From contig JASANG010001881.1 of NCBI GenBank assembly GCA_030248215.1, forward strand, positions 310,001-374,000: DNA of 64,000 nucleotides, given 5' to 3'. The translations under genes were made by a program, and so were the position numbers. Origin of the DNA: Enoplolaimus lenunculus (Eukaryota). Positions within the stretch are counted from its first letter, which is position 1; each line of letters starts with the position of its first letter. The notes below the pieces were generated by a model, which ran no database searches, was not told the origin of the DNA, and worked only from the letters and a program-made list of their open reading frames with translations. Of this stretch, positions 63,507 to 64,000 are shown piece after piece.

Positions 63507-64000
63507 ACCTCTCCAACTACTTTTATCGACGACTATATATGTCACCCGTATGATGCCGGCAAGCATACTATATAGTGTAATGCAGTTGCATATACACACG
63601 GACAAGCATGTCTCACATGCTTACAAGTATAGTGAGTTTGTATTTTTTGAATTACAGTTAAATTTATACTCAAGTACACCATCAGACTCAAATCTTTCTT
63701 CATTTTTAAAATTTCATATTTACTCGCTGTTGGAAGCGAACACTGGCTAAACGGATACTGTAGTGTCTGGAAAACTTTTTGTTTGAAATCCAGTCATCCT
63801 GTGGTATTAACCTCGCATTGGTGTTTTAAAATTTTAAGCCGTTTATTTGTTACAAGCTAATTTGCATAATTGGTTAAACCTAAATTGGCACTTTTTAAGA
63901 TATTCCACTAATTATTCGTGTTACAAGCAAGTTAGCTGATAACTAATTTGCATATTAGCTTAATTGCTTACGTGTTTGAGCTTCGCTCGAAACATGTAGT

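Overview
AT-rich eukaryotic genomic DNA, almost certainly nematode: interstitial TTAGGC telomere-type repeats, TTTCAG/TTTTAG acceptors and a nematode-style TWK channel. A large, MITE-rich genome such as a clade I/mermithid nematode is a guess only. Most ORF-track entries are repeat artefacts, so the genes were rebuilt by hand from splice sites. (1) Minus strand, 25.2 kb to the left edge: the N-terminus of a DEG/ENaC channel (HG motif, TM1, FPAVTVCN, furin-type sites), then on the same strand an SRCR domain, a Cys-containing linker and at least 11 one-exon-per-domain Sushi/CCP modules running towards the window edge. No ENaC thumb or TM2 exons were found in between, which suggests a DEG/ENaC with a very large SRCR+Sushi insertion in its ectodomain. 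A perfect RFX/DAF-19 X-box lies upstream. (2) Minus strand, 29.3-37.1 kb: a complete two-pore K+ channel (TWK/K2P) gene with a probable alternative first exon. (3) 43-63 kb: three paralogs of an unrecognised type II membrane protein family. One looks complete, with ADAM/ADAMTS-like Cys-rich motifs and a PAN/apple-like domain; one is divergently transcribed and runs towards the right edge; one is truncated. Introns and spacers hold many MITE families (GG termini with 8-bp TSD and TTAGGC cargo, CACTG palindromes, a TTAA piggyBac-like family with tRNA-like cargo, hAT-like), nested insertions, tRNA-derived sequences and several minisatellites.
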